Below, piece by piece: positions 1 through 9,432 of a stretch of DNA of 32,000 bases. The DNA is from Mechercharimyces sp. CAU 1602 (GTDB lineage Bacteria; Bacillota; Bacilli; Thermoactinomycetales; JANTPT01), in NCBI RefSeq assembly GCF_024753565.1, contig NZ_JANTPT010000001.1, positions 870,513 to 902,512 of the forward strand. Reading direction: 5' to 3'. Positions within the stretch are counted from its first letter, which is position 1, and the number at the start of each line of letters is the position of its first letter. A program made the translations under genes and the position numbers. The notes below the pieces were generated by a model, which was not told where the DNA came from, ran no database searches, and was given only the letters and a program-made list of their open reading frames with translations.

Positions 1-346
1 GATCTAGTTTTCCCAGTACATTGGAGCCATCGGTAAGCGAGTAATCTTGCCATGGCATCATCCCACTTACAATGTCCCCTTCTTTATATTCTGGATGCTT
101 GGATTGGATCACGCGTGCGACGATACCACCATTAAGAGGCTCATTTACGGCGAATGGTTCGATATACGATTTCGCATCTCTCATCCGCCCACGCATATAG
201 GGATCGACAGAAAGATAAAGAGTTTGCACGACAAAAGTACCTTCGGTTGCCTCAGGGATTGTGGATTCTTCCAAACGGAAAGTAGAATCGTTTGGCATAC
301 CTACTGGACGCTCAGCGAAAATAATTTGACGATTGGTTTTGCTCAT
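1..346 (-). CDS. NADP-dependent oxidoreductase, medium-chain dehydrogenase/reductase family (YfmJ/CurA-like); N-terminal part only, gene continues past the left edge
   Basis: Absent from the supplied ORF track because it runs off the edge. The reverse complement from ATG (complement of 344-346) reads MSKTNRQIIFAERPVGMPNDSTFRLEESTIPEATEGTFVVQTLYLSVDPYMRGRMRDAKSYIEPFAVNEPLNGGIVARV... The LYLSVDPYMRGRM motif is typical of this family. AGGAGG (complement of 355-360) lies 8 nt upstream. The + strand ORF 47..370 is its shadow. Confidence 0.8.
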   Translation of the reverse strand, partial: MSKTNRQIIFAERPVGMPNDSTFRLEESTIPEATEGTFVVQTLYLSVDPYMRGRMRDAKSYIEPFAVNEPLNGGIVARVIQSKHPEYKEGDIVSGMMPWQDYSLTDGSNVLGKLD

Positions 347-604
347 GTGAAATTCCTCCTCAAAAAGTAGTTCGTTATGTTAAGTATCTGTACGAAGGGA
401 TCGCTTTCGCTTGTATAAATTCCCTCCGTTGAAGAAAAGCAAACAATTGGTTGAAAGGATTAACCGTTTAAACTCATTGTATAATCTGCTTTCCGTCGAC
501 GTCAATGACAAATTTATAATTAGAAGCTGGTGCTTTAAAGTAGTAAGGGTATGCTAAGGGTGCTTCCTCAACTATAATTTAAGAGAATAATAAGTAAGAG
601 GAGA

Positions 605-1294
605 ATGGGTATGGCTACGATTTTATTGGTTGAAGATGATGAAACTTTGGCGATGGGTTTACAATTCGCCCTCCAGAACGAAGGCCAGGAAGTAAGAGTA
701 GCGACAAGAATGGAGGAAGGATGGCAACAAGTGCAATCTTGTTGTTACGATCTGATCTTACTAGACGTTACGTTGCCGGATGGAGATGGGTTTATGTTGT
801 GTAGAAAGATTAGGGAGATCAGTTCTGTCCCCATTCTATTTCTAACGGCACGGGAGGAAGAAGTGCATGTTGTGAGGGGATTAGATTTAGGGGGCGATGA
901 TTACATCACCAAACCATTTCGCTTGCGTGAATTGCTCTCGCGTATCCATGCAGCCCTACGGCGTAGTCAAACAGTGGAGCAGCAGGTACGCAGTGTCCAA
1001 TATGAAAGCGATGGTTTGGTATTGGACACTGAGCAACACCGGGTTATGAAGAACGGGATTACATTGGAACTGACGCCAATAGAATATAAGTTGCTCCTTT
1101 TTTTGTTTCAACACCGGGGGCAAGTGATTTCGCGCTCCGTTATGTTAGAAAAGATATGGGACGTAGAAGGGGATTTTATTGATAATAATACGCTGTCTGT
1201 TCATATTCGGCGCCTGCGCGAAAAAATTGAAGAGGATGTGAAGCAGCCTTCTTATATTCATACGGTTAGAGGTGTGGGGTATCGCTTTGTTTAG
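605..1294 (+). CDS. OmpR-family two-component response regulator
   Basis: Receiver domain (ILLVEDDETLA, phospho-acceptor context LILLDVTLPDGDG, ITKPF) plus a C-terminal winged helix (LTPIEYKLL..., TVRGVGYRF). SD AAGAGGAG lies at 596-603. The ATG at 611 has better spacing than the one at 605, so the true start may be 611. Confidence 0.9.
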   Translation: MGMATILLVEDDETLAMGLQFALQNEGQEVRVATRMEEGWQQVQSCCYDLILLDVTLPDGDGFMLCRKIREISSVPILFLTAREEEVHVVRGLDLGGDDYITKPFRLRELLSRIHAALRRSQTVEQQVRSVQYESDGLVLDTEQHRVMKNGITLELTPIEYKLLLFLFQHRGQVISRSVMLEKIWDVEGDFIDNNTLSVHIRRLREKIEEDVKQPSYIHTVRGVGYRFV

Positions 1295-1314
1295 TAAAGG
1301 GGGAAAAGATAGTA

Positions 1315-2580
1315 ATGGAATCTTTTTTACAAAATCCAGAGATTCGGCGCCTTACATGGAAAGTTTTGCTGATACAGACGCTCTGCATGCTGGTACTAGG
1401 TGGGTGGATGAATCATGAAGCAGATCAATTGAAGCAAGATTGGATCAAGCAGCAGACTGCGTTATTAGGAAAAGTACTATTAGAGTATCCTGAGCTGGAA
1501 AGGGATATGGTTCCTCTTATTACTGATGAAGTGACTACAGCAGAATGGAAGCAGGGAGAGCAAATTGCCCAGCGATATGGGCTAGAGATCGGGCTCGCGT
1601 TAGAAAAAGCTCCGTTTTTTAGGGAGTTGGAAATTGCAACAGTGGAGACGATTACGATTGGAATCTTAAGCACGTTCATCTTGCTCCTTTTCATCTATGA
1701 CGAGTTTCTCCGCGGCTTTAAGGAGATGAGGCTTATGACGACACGTGTAGAGCAGGCAGTGGAGGGGAAGTTCCCAAGCATGCGTAAGTGGCGAAGTATG
1801 GAAGAAGGGGAGCTGGCGCGTCTCACTTATCAATTGGATCATATGATGGAGCGCATGAAGCATATGGTTACTGCACTAGAGCAAGAGAAGCAGTTTTTGC
1901 AATCATTTCTTTCCGATATCTCTCATCAGTTGAAAACACCGCTGGCTTCTTTAACGCTCATGGTAGAGCTTTTACAGAAGCCTGAATTAAAAAGGGAACA
2001 GCAGGCTAATTTCCTCTCTAAGATGGATGGTCAACTCCAACGGATGGAATGGCTGATCGTTACTCTACTACATACCGCTAAGTTAGAGGCAGGTGCAATC
2101 AAGTTAGAACAGAAGCAGACAGATGTGGTGGCGACATTAATGGAATCACTTTCCTATGTAGCAGTAGAGTTGGAGCAAAAAGAGATAATAGTAGAAATCG
2201 AAAAGAAAGAAAAAGAAGTGTTACTGATTCACGATGCCTATTGGTTAGCGGAAGCATTTTCCAATGTACTGAAAAATGCGATAGAACACTCGTCATTTGC
2301 GCAACGTATTGTGATTACGATAACGGAGTCACCTATAGTTACGGAAATTGCGGTTGGTGATGAAGGAAGGGGAATTGCCAAACAAGATCTTCCCTATCTC
2401 TTCCGTCGATTTTACAAGGCGCAGCATGCACGAGCGGATAGTGTAGGGATCGGGCTATCGTTAGCGCAAGCGATTGTACAGCGGCATCAAGGTGAAATTC
2501 GAGTTGATAGTCAAGTAGGAGTGGGTACAACGGTTACCTTTGTTTTCTACAAGCATCTATCTAAGCTTACAAAATCGTAA
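1315..2580 (+). CDS. Sensor histidine kinase (two TM segments, ~77-aa external loop, HisKA + HATPase_c)
   Basis: H-box FLSDISHQLKTPLASL, N-box NVLKNAIEHS, G1 VGDEGRGI, G2 GIGLSLA. Hydrophobic segments lie near aa 16-33 and 111-128. SD AAGGGGGA is upstream. The gene sits directly after the response regulator. Confidence 0.9.
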   Translation: MESFLQNPEIRRLTWKVLLIQTLCMLVLGGWMNHEADQLKQDWIKQQTALLGKVLLEYPELERDMVPLITDEVTTAEWKQGEQIAQRYGLEIGLALEKAPFFRELEIATVETITIGILSTFILLLFIYDEFLRGFKEMRLMTTRVEQAVEGKFPSMRKWRSMEEGELARLTYQLDHMMERMKHMVTALEQEKQFLQSFLSDISHQLKTPLASLTLMVELLQKPELKREQQANFLSKMDGQLQRMEWLIVTLLHTAKLEAGAIKLEQKQTDVVATLMESLSYVAVELEQKEIIVEIEKKEKEVLLIHDAYWLAEAFSNVLKNAIEHSSFAQRIVITITESPIVTEIAVGDEGRGIAKQDLPYLFRRFYKAQHARADSVGIGLSLAQAIVQRHQGEIRVDSQVGVGTTVTFVFYKHLSKLTKS

Positions 2581-2641
2581 GAATGGGGTCACTAAGAAGT
2601 AAGGCTTGCTTTGTATTATAAAGAGAAAGGGGGAATGAGCG

Positions 2642-3325
2642 ATGGGGAAGATTGAAACGATCGGACTACATAAATCTTATGGGGAACGAGAGGCGAAGGT
2701 ATGCGCCTTAAGTGATGTCAATTTGAAAATCGAGCAAGGTGAATTTGTTGCGGTTGTGGGAGCTAGTGGTTCGGGAAAAAGCACACTTTTACATATGTTA
2801 GGCGGATTAGATCACCCAACATCAGGGCAAGTGCGTGTGAGTGGAACATTACTTAATCAATTGAATGAAGACGAGCTGGCGATTTTTCGTCGCCGTCAGG
2901 TAGGGTTTATATTTCAATTCTATAATTTGATTCCAATATTAGATGTGGAAGAAAATATCCGACTTCCATTACTTCTTGATCACAAGTGGAAAGATAAACC
3001 GTATATTGATGAATTGATGGAGTTGTTGGGGTTAATGGAACGAAAGCATCATCTCCCTTCACAGTTATCAGGAGGACAACAACAACGAGTCGCCATCGGG
3101 CGTGCTTTAGCATATAAACCAGCTATTCTCTTAGCTGACGAACCGACTGGGAACTTAGATACGAAAAGTACGGATGAAGTAATGGAATTATTACATCTGA
3201 CTTCACAGCGCTACAATCAGACTGTTATCTTGATCACTCATGATTTAGATATTGCCTCACAAACAGAACGCGTCCTTACGATGCAAGACGGAATGATTGT
3301 GCAAGATGAGGTGATGAGAGGATGA
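2642..3325 (+). CDS. ABC transporter ATP-binding protein (MacB/FtsE-like)
   Basis: Walker A GASGSGKST, Q-loop, signature LSGGQQQRV, Walker B ILLADEPTGNLD, H-loop ITHD. SD AAGGGGGA is upstream. Confidence 0.92.
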   Translation: MGKIETIGLHKSYGEREAKVCALSDVNLKIEQGEFVAVVGASGSGKSTLLHMLGGLDHPTSGQVRVSGTLLNQLNEDELAIFRRRQVGFIFQFYNLIPILDVEENIRLPLLLDHKWKDKPYIDELMELLGLMERKHHLPSQLSGGQQQRVAIGRALAYKPAILLADEPTGNLDTKSTDEVMELLHLTSQRYNQTVILITHDLDIASQTERVLTMQDGMIVQDEVMRG

Positions 3326-5856
3326 AAAGTTATCGTCAGATCACTTGGCGTTATATGAAGCAGGCGAAACGGCGTTCCATTCTTACCATACTAGGCATTG
3401 TGATGTCCGTGGCTATGATCAGTTCACTTAGTACAATGTTGTACAGTTTGTACCAGGAAGAGGTAGAACAAACAATCGCTGATTATGGAACGGCTCATTT
3501 TAGCTATACCAATACCGACGAAAAGTTATATACCACCTTAAAAGGACATGTGGAGGTAGGAGCACTAGGAATCGTCATTCCTGGAGAGGCGAAGCCGATA
3601 GCAGATAAAATAGATGTACAGATTGATGCGTACAATGAGGAAGCTTTGCAGTTGCTCCCGATTCACTTGGGCATGGGCCGCATGCCGCAGTCAGAACGTG
3701 AAATCGTATTGGAACAATGGGTGCTAGAGGGAATGGAAACTTCTCAACAGATAGGGGAAGAGATTCACTTGCCTGGGCAAGAAGGTGATGAGTCGTTTCA
3801 ACTGGTCGGCATATTGGAAAACAACATGTTGTCGCAATATGAGCGCAAAGGGATTGCTATTACGCGCTTAATCGAAGATGAGTATCGTGCAGGGATGCAA
3901 TTACATGTGCAACTAAAAGATGATGTGCCGAGCCGGGAACGTTTAGAAGCGTTTTATCAATTGCAAGAAGATGGATATAACGAAAACGGGAACTACTTGA
4001 GAGTTATCGGGGTTGATCCAGAGAACTACTTTGGAGTTATCATTGTTGGAGCCATTTTAACTTTGCTGGTCGTCGCCGCTACAATCATGGTGGTATACAA
4101 TTCATTCGCTATTTCTATATTGGAGAAAGTGCGTCACTTCGGGGTATTGCGTTCTTTGGGTGCCTCCCCTAAGCAGACCCGAAGGCTGGTATATGCAGAG
4201 GCAATGCTGTATAGTATCTTCGGAATTCCGTTAGGGATTATAGTTGGGATCGGTGCTCTCTATTCCCTGCTCTTTATTGTGGGAACCGAATGGATTAATG
4301 CAGATATGATTCATCTCTCTCCCTTATTATTAGGCATCAGTGCGCTGGTTGGACTGGGATCGATTTTTGCTTCCGCGTATCTACCGGCGCGACGGGCTGC
4401 CAAGATCTCTCCGCTCGATGCAATCTTAGCTCGCGGATCACTTCAGAAAGAAAAGGTGAAGCGGAAAAATGGATGGTTGTTGCGCCATTCAGGAATTGAA
4501 ATACAGATGGCATATAAAAACATGAGACGTAACCGTAAGCGATATTGGGTGACTGTCTCCTCGATTATGATTAGTGCAGTTATGTTTCTTGCGTTTAGTT
4601 CGTTTAGCAATATGTTTATAGGAGACGTGATAACCAATCTGAGCAATGAGGAGAGCAAGACTGCGTTTAGTATAAATAAATCGGTAGATCATTTGGAGAC
4701 AAGTGCCGATGACTCACGAATTTTACCTAAGGATACGGGACGTGAAATTGAACGATTGAAAGCGGAAGTGCTTCCAATCTATGAAGGTTTTTCTCTACAC
4801 ACCATAATCCCTAAAAGCTCAATAAATGTTTCTAAGAAGCAATATGAATCTACGAATATGTTCGCAACACCTTCGGGATTAGATGGCGAGAAGCAATTTG
4901 TTTATACCAGTATCAATATATATGATGAACGCCGTTTCTCCTTGGCAAAATCGTATATAAAATCTGGGGAAATAAATATGAAGCAGTTAGAGGGAGAGAA
5001 GGGCGTATGGCTTGTAATGAACAATCGTATTTATGATAAAGAGAGCAGGGTAACCTTTCTCGATATTGCTGATGTAAGGGTAGGAGATCAGCTTACGCTT
5101 AACTTAGATAATCCGGATGAAGAAGAGGTACAAGCTGGGAAGACAACAAAGGTGAAAGTATTGGGCATCCTAGACCGCTCTCCATTTGGGTCACCTGATG
5201 CATATGGATTTCAGTTGATTACAACTAAGAAGGTTGCTCAAGCGATTCTAAAGGAATGGAATCTGGCGCAGTATCAGAAGCAGGATACCTATATTCCACA
5301 AGTGTCGAATCCAGTGGGATATGATATTCAACTGCATGATGAAAAAGATTACGAAGAGATTAAAAATAAATTGCAGAAAATGGTGAAGGCAGATTCATCT
5401 CTCGATCTAGTTGATCAATATGCTGAGCGTAAAAGAAAACGCGCGGATCAGATTCAAATCCTCGTTTTCTTTTACGGTTTTATCACAGTGGTCGCGTTAA
5501 TTGGATGTGTTAATATCTTTAATACGATTACGACCAATCTGCTCTTACGCCGCCGTGAATTTGCGATGTTACAGACGATTGGGATGAGTAAAAAGCAAGT
5601 ACGAAAGATGGTACTGACTGAAGGTGTGTTGTATGGACTTACAGGGGCGTTTTATGGTTTGTTCTTTGGGCTACTCTTATGTTATCTCATCTATTGGGGC
5701 CTTCAACAAGACATTGGAGTTACTTGGACCATCCCGTGGTTAGATATGCTGATCGTGGTAGGAAGCTCGATTCTGATCGGCATCCTCTCAACGCTCCCTC
5801 CACTAAAGCGACTACGTCATACTGACGTGATACAAGATATTCGCATGGTAGATTAA
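3322..5856 (+). CDS. ABC transporter permease, FtsX-like family, 844 aa with two TM bundles separated by a large soluble region
   Basis: ATGA start/stop overlap with the ATPase gene suggests translational coupling. An N-terminal TM segment (ILTILGIVMSVAMISSL) is followed by hydrophobic clusters near aa 250-370 and aa 740-840, matching a duplicated FtsX permease topology. Confidence 0.85.
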   Translation: MKSYRQITWRYMKQAKRRSILTILGIVMSVAMISSLSTMLYSLYQEEVEQTIADYGTAHFSYTNTDEKLYTTLKGHVEVGALGIVIPGEAKPIADKIDVQIDAYNEEALQLLPIHLGMGRMPQSEREIVLEQWVLEGMETSQQIGEEIHLPGQEGDESFQLVGILENNMLSQYERKGIAITRLIEDEYRAGMQLHVQLKDDVPSRERLEAFYQLQEDGYNENGNYLRVIGVDPENYFGVIIVGAILTLLVVAATIMVVYNSFAISILEKVRHFGVLRSLGASPKQTRRLVYAEAMLYSIFGIPLGIIVGIGALYSLLFIVGTEWINADMIHLSPLLLGISALVGLGSIFASAYLPARRAAKISPLDAILARGSLQKEKVKRKNGWLLRHSGIEIQMAYKNMRRNRKRYWVTVSSIMISAVMFLAFSSFSNMFIGDVITNLSNEESKTAFSINKSVDHLETSADDSRILPKDTGREIERLKAEVLPIYEGFSLHTIIPKSSINVSKKQYESTNMFATPSGLDGEKQFVYTSINIYDERRFSLAKSYIKSGEINMKQLEGEKGVWLVMNNRIYDKESRVTFLDIADVRVGDQLTLNLDNPDEEEVQAGKTTKVKVLGILDRSPFGSPDAYGFQLITTKKVAQAILKEWNLAQYQKQDTYIPQVSNPVGYDIQLHDEKDYEEIKNKLQKMVKADSSLDLVDQYAERKRKRADQIQILVFFYGFITVVALIGCVNIFNTITTNLLLRRREFAMLQTIGMSKKQVRKMVLTEGVLYGLTGAFYGLFFGLLLCYLIYWGLQQDIGVTWTIPWLDMLIVVGSSILIGILSTLPPLKRLRHTDVIQDIRMVD

Positions 5857-5874
5857 TCGTTAGGTATAGTTAAA

Positions 5875-5902
5875 AGCACTCGCTCTAGCGGGTGCTTTTT
5901 TT
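5875..5902 (+). terminator. Rho-independent terminator after the ABC permease
   Basis: AGCACTCGC-tcta-GCGGGTGCT forms a 9-bp stem with one G.U pair, followed by a T-run. It lies 19 nt after the stop codon. Confidence 0.8.
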
Positions 5903-6049
5903 AGATCAGCTCGTCTTGCTCATAAGCGATGGTCTCCTGTTGCATGTTGGGGAAGATGTAGGAATAAGTATTCATTGACATCCTACTGTTAGCGTGATCC
6001 GATGGTCCGCAGTTATAGTTACATTTTCTTTGGAGGAGGGCGTATCCAA

Positions 6050-8155
6050 ATGAGGAGTGTAGAAGAGAGTACCCCGAGAAAAATCCTTTCTTTTGAAAAA
6101 AGCGAGACGACGGAAAATCGAAGAGTACGCTTTAAATTCCTGAAAGATGGAGTTTTATTTAAACTGAATCAATCATCCCAACTCATGCTTCAGTTTAAAA
6201 ATACATGTAAGGGAGCCTACCCTCGCGGTGTAGGACAAAGTAGGATGAGTGATGATTTACATTTCTGTTACGAAAAAGTTGTCTATAAGGGAGTATGGGC
6301 AGGAATAGATATTATCTTCTCATTTAGTGAGGGGGCCCTTAAATACGATATATATCTTGAACCTGGATCTAATGTGAGAGATATTAGATTATCATATGAT
6401 GGTGCACAAGCTCTTTTCTTGGATGAACAAGGGAATCTTCAAATTTATACACCCACTGGCGTCTTTTTGGAGAAAAAACCACTCAGCTTTCAATATACGA
6501 AGGGGAGAGAAGAAGGAATTGAAACGAGATTTATACTTCTTGGCGAATCTACTTTTGGCTTTAAAGTAGAGGGGTATTACGATGAGATGAGCCCTTTGGT
6601 GATTGATCCTGTTATTTTTTATTCAAGCTATGTAGGTGTAAATAATCTTAATCTTGGCATAACTGCAGATTCAGTGGGCAATGCTTATGTAACAGGATTT
6701 ACAGATTCTACTGCTTACCCTGTTACTTCTGGATCATTTCAATCTATGTTTGCTGGTGGGGATGCGTTTATAACGAAGCTAAATTCTGCAGGATCGTCGC
6801 TCATCTATTCGACTTATTTGGGTGGAACGTCTGTTGATGTAGGCTTTGATATCGCGTTAGATACGTTAAATAACGTATATGTGACGGGGTCTACTCAATC
6901 TACTAACTTCCCTGTTACTTCCAATGCATTTCAAACAATGTATAGAGGGGGAACAGACGCGTTTGTCACGAAAATCAATTCCTTGGGATCGTCACTTATT
7001 TATTCGACTTACTTAGGAGGAACCTCTTTCGATACGGGTAATGGAATTGCAGTGGATGCTACGGGTAGTGCTTATGTGACAGGATCAACGGATTCCACCA
7101 ACTTTCCCATTACCTCTGGGTCATTTCAAACTATGATAACAGGGGATAGGGAAGTATTTGTATTAAAGCTAAGTTCTACAGGGTCGTCCCTCATATACTC
7201 ATCGTATTTGGGCGGTGATTTAGTCGACAGTGGGAATGGAATTGCAGTGGACACTAGTGGAAGTGCCTATGTGACAGGATTTGCAGACTCGACAAACTTC
7301 CCTGTCACTTCCGGTGCTTTTCAAACCATGGCAACAGAGGGAATTTCGGCATTTGTGACTAAGATGAGTCCGTTGGGAATGTCATTGATTTATTCAACAT
7401 ATCTAGGCGGGAGCCAAAATGATTTCGGCAGAGGGATCGCGTTGGATGGAGCAAACCAAGCTTATATAGGTGGATTTACTAGTTCTTCGACAAATTTTCC
7501 TGTGACTGCGAATGCATTTCAAACACTCTACGGAGGGGGAAGCTTTGATGGATTTGTAGCGAGGTTAAATCCATCTGGTTCAAAATTGCAGTATTCTACC
7601 TATTTAGGAGGAAGTGATACTGATGTGATCGGACTTAGTACTTCTTTCCAGATCATGGGAAGTGGCGGAGTGGCCATTGATTCATTTGGATATGCATGGG
7701 TTACAGGTATTACTAGATCGACTAATTTTCCAGTAACCTCAGATGCTTTTCAGGATAGTAATGGGGGAGAATCAGATGCTTTCGTTACAAAAATCAGTTT
7801 TTCTGGCCAAGGCCTTTCCTTCTCTTCGTATCTTGGGGGAGGGAGTTCTGATGAAGGGGTTGATGTAGCTGTTGATAGTAGAGACAGCGCATTTATGACT
7901 GGTGATACAAACTCAACCAACTTCCCTGTCACTTTTCAAGCGTATCAGACTCAACTGTTAACTCCGCCGAATGGGTTTGTCACAAGAATAGATTCTTCAT
8001 TAGGAACCGGACAAACAGGAGCGACAGGTCCTACCGGACCTACGGGAGCCACTGGATCGCAAGGAACACAGGGATCGAGAGGTCCAAGGGGGCTTCGAGG
8101 ACGGCGTGGACCAAGAGGGCCGCGGGGAAGTAGCGGAGGAGAAACGGGGTTGTAA
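6050..8155 (+). CDS. SBBP-type beta-propeller repeat protein (7 repeats) with C-terminal collagen-like Gly-X-Y tail
   Basis: Seven ~60-aa repeats share the pattern YSTYLGG..xD.G.GIAVD..G.AYVTG.T.STNFPVTS.AFQ. The C-terminus reads GQT GAT GPT GPT GAT GSQ GTQ GSR GPR GLR GRR GPR GPR GSS GGE. The ATG at 6050 is preferred over 6002 because GGAGGAGGG (6032-6040) lies 9 nt upstream. No N-terminal signal peptide is evident. Confidence 0.8.
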   Translation: MRSVEESTPRKILSFEKSETTENRRVRFKFLKDGVLFKLNQSSQLMLQFKNTCKGAYPRGVGQSRMSDDLHFCYEKVVYKGVWAGIDIIFSFSEGALKYDIYLEPGSNVRDIRLSYDGAQALFLDEQGNLQIYTPTGVFLEKKPLSFQYTKGREEGIETRFILLGESTFGFKVEGYYDEMSPLVIDPVIFYSSYVGVNNLNLGITADSVGNAYVTGFTDSTAYPVTSGSFQSMFAGGDAFITKLNSAGSSLIYSTYLGGTSVDVGFDIALDTLNNVYVTGSTQSTNFPVTSNAFQTMYRGGTDAFVTKINSLGSSLIYSTYLGGTSFDTGNGIAVDATGSAYVTGSTDSTNFPITSGSFQTMITGDREVFVLKLSSTGSSLIYSSYLGGDLVDSGNGIAVDTSGSAYVTGFADSTNFPVTSGAFQTMATEGISAFVTKMSPLGMSLIYSTYLGGSQNDFGRGIALDGANQAYIGGFTSSSTNFPVTANAFQTLYGGGSFDGFVARLNPSGSKLQYSTYLGGSDTDVIGLSTSFQIMGSGGVAIDSFGYAWVTGITRSTNFPVTSDAFQDSNGGESDAFVTKISFSGQGLSFSSYLGGGSSDEGVDVAVDSRDSAFMTGDTNSTNFPVTFQAYQTQLLTPPNGFVTRIDSSLGTGQTGATGPTGPTGATGSQGTQGSRGPRGLRGRRGPRGPRGSSGGETGL

Positions 8156-8207
8156 ATCAGGAGTTAAAATGTCCTATGCTAGATTAAGAGATCTGGATAT
8201 GGCTTAT

Positions 8208-8235
8208 AGCACTCGCTCTGGCGGGTGCTTTTTTT
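8208..8235 (+). terminator. Rho-independent terminator after the SBBP/collagen gene, a near copy of the one at 5875-5902
   Basis: AGCACTCGC-tctg-GCGGGTGCT followed by a T-run. It differs from the 5875-5902 terminator by one loop base. Confidence 0.8.
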
Positions 8236-8418
8236 CTGTGACTATCTTGTGCCGATGCAGGTGTTGCCGCATGATTACATAGAGGGTTGTGGTAGAATAA
8301 ATAGCGATATCATAAGAGAAAAGTGATCGATCTTAACAATATATACGCATGGTGAACGCACGCGCGCCTTTAAAACGAGCGTGATGTTGAAGTGGGTTGG
8401 TGTGAGGAGGACATCTAT

Positions 8419-9369
8419 ATGCAGAAAGCATTAAAAGGATTTTCCGTATTTGCTGCCTTTAGTACTTATCTGATTCTCCTGATGGGGGCACTCGTGACAA
8501 AGACGGGATCGGGTGAAGGGTGTGGGCGAACATGGCCGTTTTGTCATGGAGAAATTTTTCCTAGCTATGCTACCGTGACTACGATGATCGAGTATAGCCA
8601 TCGTGCGGTATCCGGCTTTGTCGGTTTGGTGGTTGTTATCCTGGCGGTATGGGCATGGCGTACGTTTAGGAAGGATTTTACAGTTAAGTTGTTAGCTTTT
8701 ACAAGTGTTTTCTTTATCGTCCTACAAGGATTGTTGGGAGCGGCTACCGTGGTATGGGGACAAGAAGGTAGTGCGTGGCGTGAAGATATGACGATGGCTC
8801 TTCACTTCGGTTTCTCATTGATCTGTTTTGCTGCAGTCGCGCTCTTATCTGTTTATCTTTTTCAAAAGACGGCTGGACGAACGAAGACGACGGCGGAGAA
8901 GCGTGCCGGATTAAGCAATCGCTTACGTTACTTTATCTGGGGATATGCGTGTTATGTGTACCTAGTCGTTTATACAGGTGCTTATGTACGTCATGCGGGT
9001 GCAACGATGGGATGTTCCTCTTTTCCTCTATGCGGAGACCGTTATTTACCTGACTTGGTTACGCCAGCAGGTGTACAAATAACGCACCGCTTATTTGCGA
9101 TTACTGCCTGGGTATTGGCGATTGTGCTCTTGGTTTGGATTGTACGTCATTATCGCCAGCGGCGGGACTTGTACTGGGGCAGTATTGCGTCAGTGATTTT
9201 TGTTACATTGCAAGCGGCCAGCGGCATTGCTGTTGTACTGACTCCTTTTTACTTGGTGATGGCTCTCACCCATACGACTATCGTCTCACTCTTTTTTGCT
9301 GCCCTTTGCTATCTCTGTTTACAAGTAGGGTGGCCGTTTAGGAAAAATGCGTCGAGCAAGAATGAATAG
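8419..9369 (+). CDS. ctaA: Heme A synthase (COX15/CtaA family)
   Basis: MQKALKGF...GALVTKTGSGEGCGRTWPFCHG...IEYSHR matches the CtaA N-terminal signature, including the Cys pair and His ligands. The protein is polytopic, with a second half carrying HR/H motifs (ITHRLFAI, LTHTT). GAGGAGG at 8405-8411 favours ATG 8419 over 8392. Confidence 0.88.
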   Translation: MQKALKGFSVFAAFSTYLILLMGALVTKTGSGEGCGRTWPFCHGEIFPSYATVTTMIEYSHRAVSGFVGLVVVILAVWAWRTFRKDFTVKLLAFTSVFFIVLQGLLGAATVVWGQEGSAWREDMTMALHFGFSLICFAAVALLSVYLFQKTAGRTKTTAEKRAGLSNRLRYFIWGYACYVYLVVYTGAYVRHAGATMGCSSFPLCGDRYLPDLVTPAGVQITHRLFAITAWVLAIVLLVWIVRHYRQRRDLYWGSIASVIFVTLQAASGIAVVLTPFYLVMALTHTTIVSLFFAALCYLCLQVGWPFRKNASSKNE

Positions 9370-9395
9370 ACATTCAATCTGCAATCCAGTATACT
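9367..9395 (+). promoter_or_regulatory. Putative sigma-A promoter of the rib leader (-35 TAGACA, 17-nt spacer, -10 TATACT)
   Basis: TAGACA lies at 9367-9372 and TATACT at 9390-9395, about 40 nt upstream of the riboswitch aptamer. This is a motif match only. Confidence 0.45.
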
Positions 9396-9432
9396 TTACG
9401 TTAGATGTACACAAGTGAATAGCAGTACTGTA

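Noticed and set aside
47-370. 107-aa + strand ORF in the supplied track
   Set aside because: It is the antisense shadow of a well-supported minus-strand oxidoreductase gene (1..346) with a strong SD. Its own translation has no recognisable features.
5901-5975. 24-codon minus-strand mini-ORF (MNTYSYIFPNMQQETIAYEQDELI) ending at the bidirectional terminator
   Set aside because: It is too short, has only a weak AGGA upstream and no recognisable family. It could equally be a gene remnant. The sequence alone does not support it.
8006-8152. Collagen-like region considered as a DNA-level tandem repeat or VNTR
   Set aside because: The 9-nt periodicity is only at the protein level (Gly-X-Y). The codons differ between triplets, so it is not a perfect nucleotide tandem repeat.
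8419-9369. ctaA without an adjacent divergent ctaB/ctaCDEF cluster, considered as an anomaly
   Set aside because: Gene order around ctaA varies among Bacillales, and the partner genes may simply lie outside this window. It is not informative on its own.
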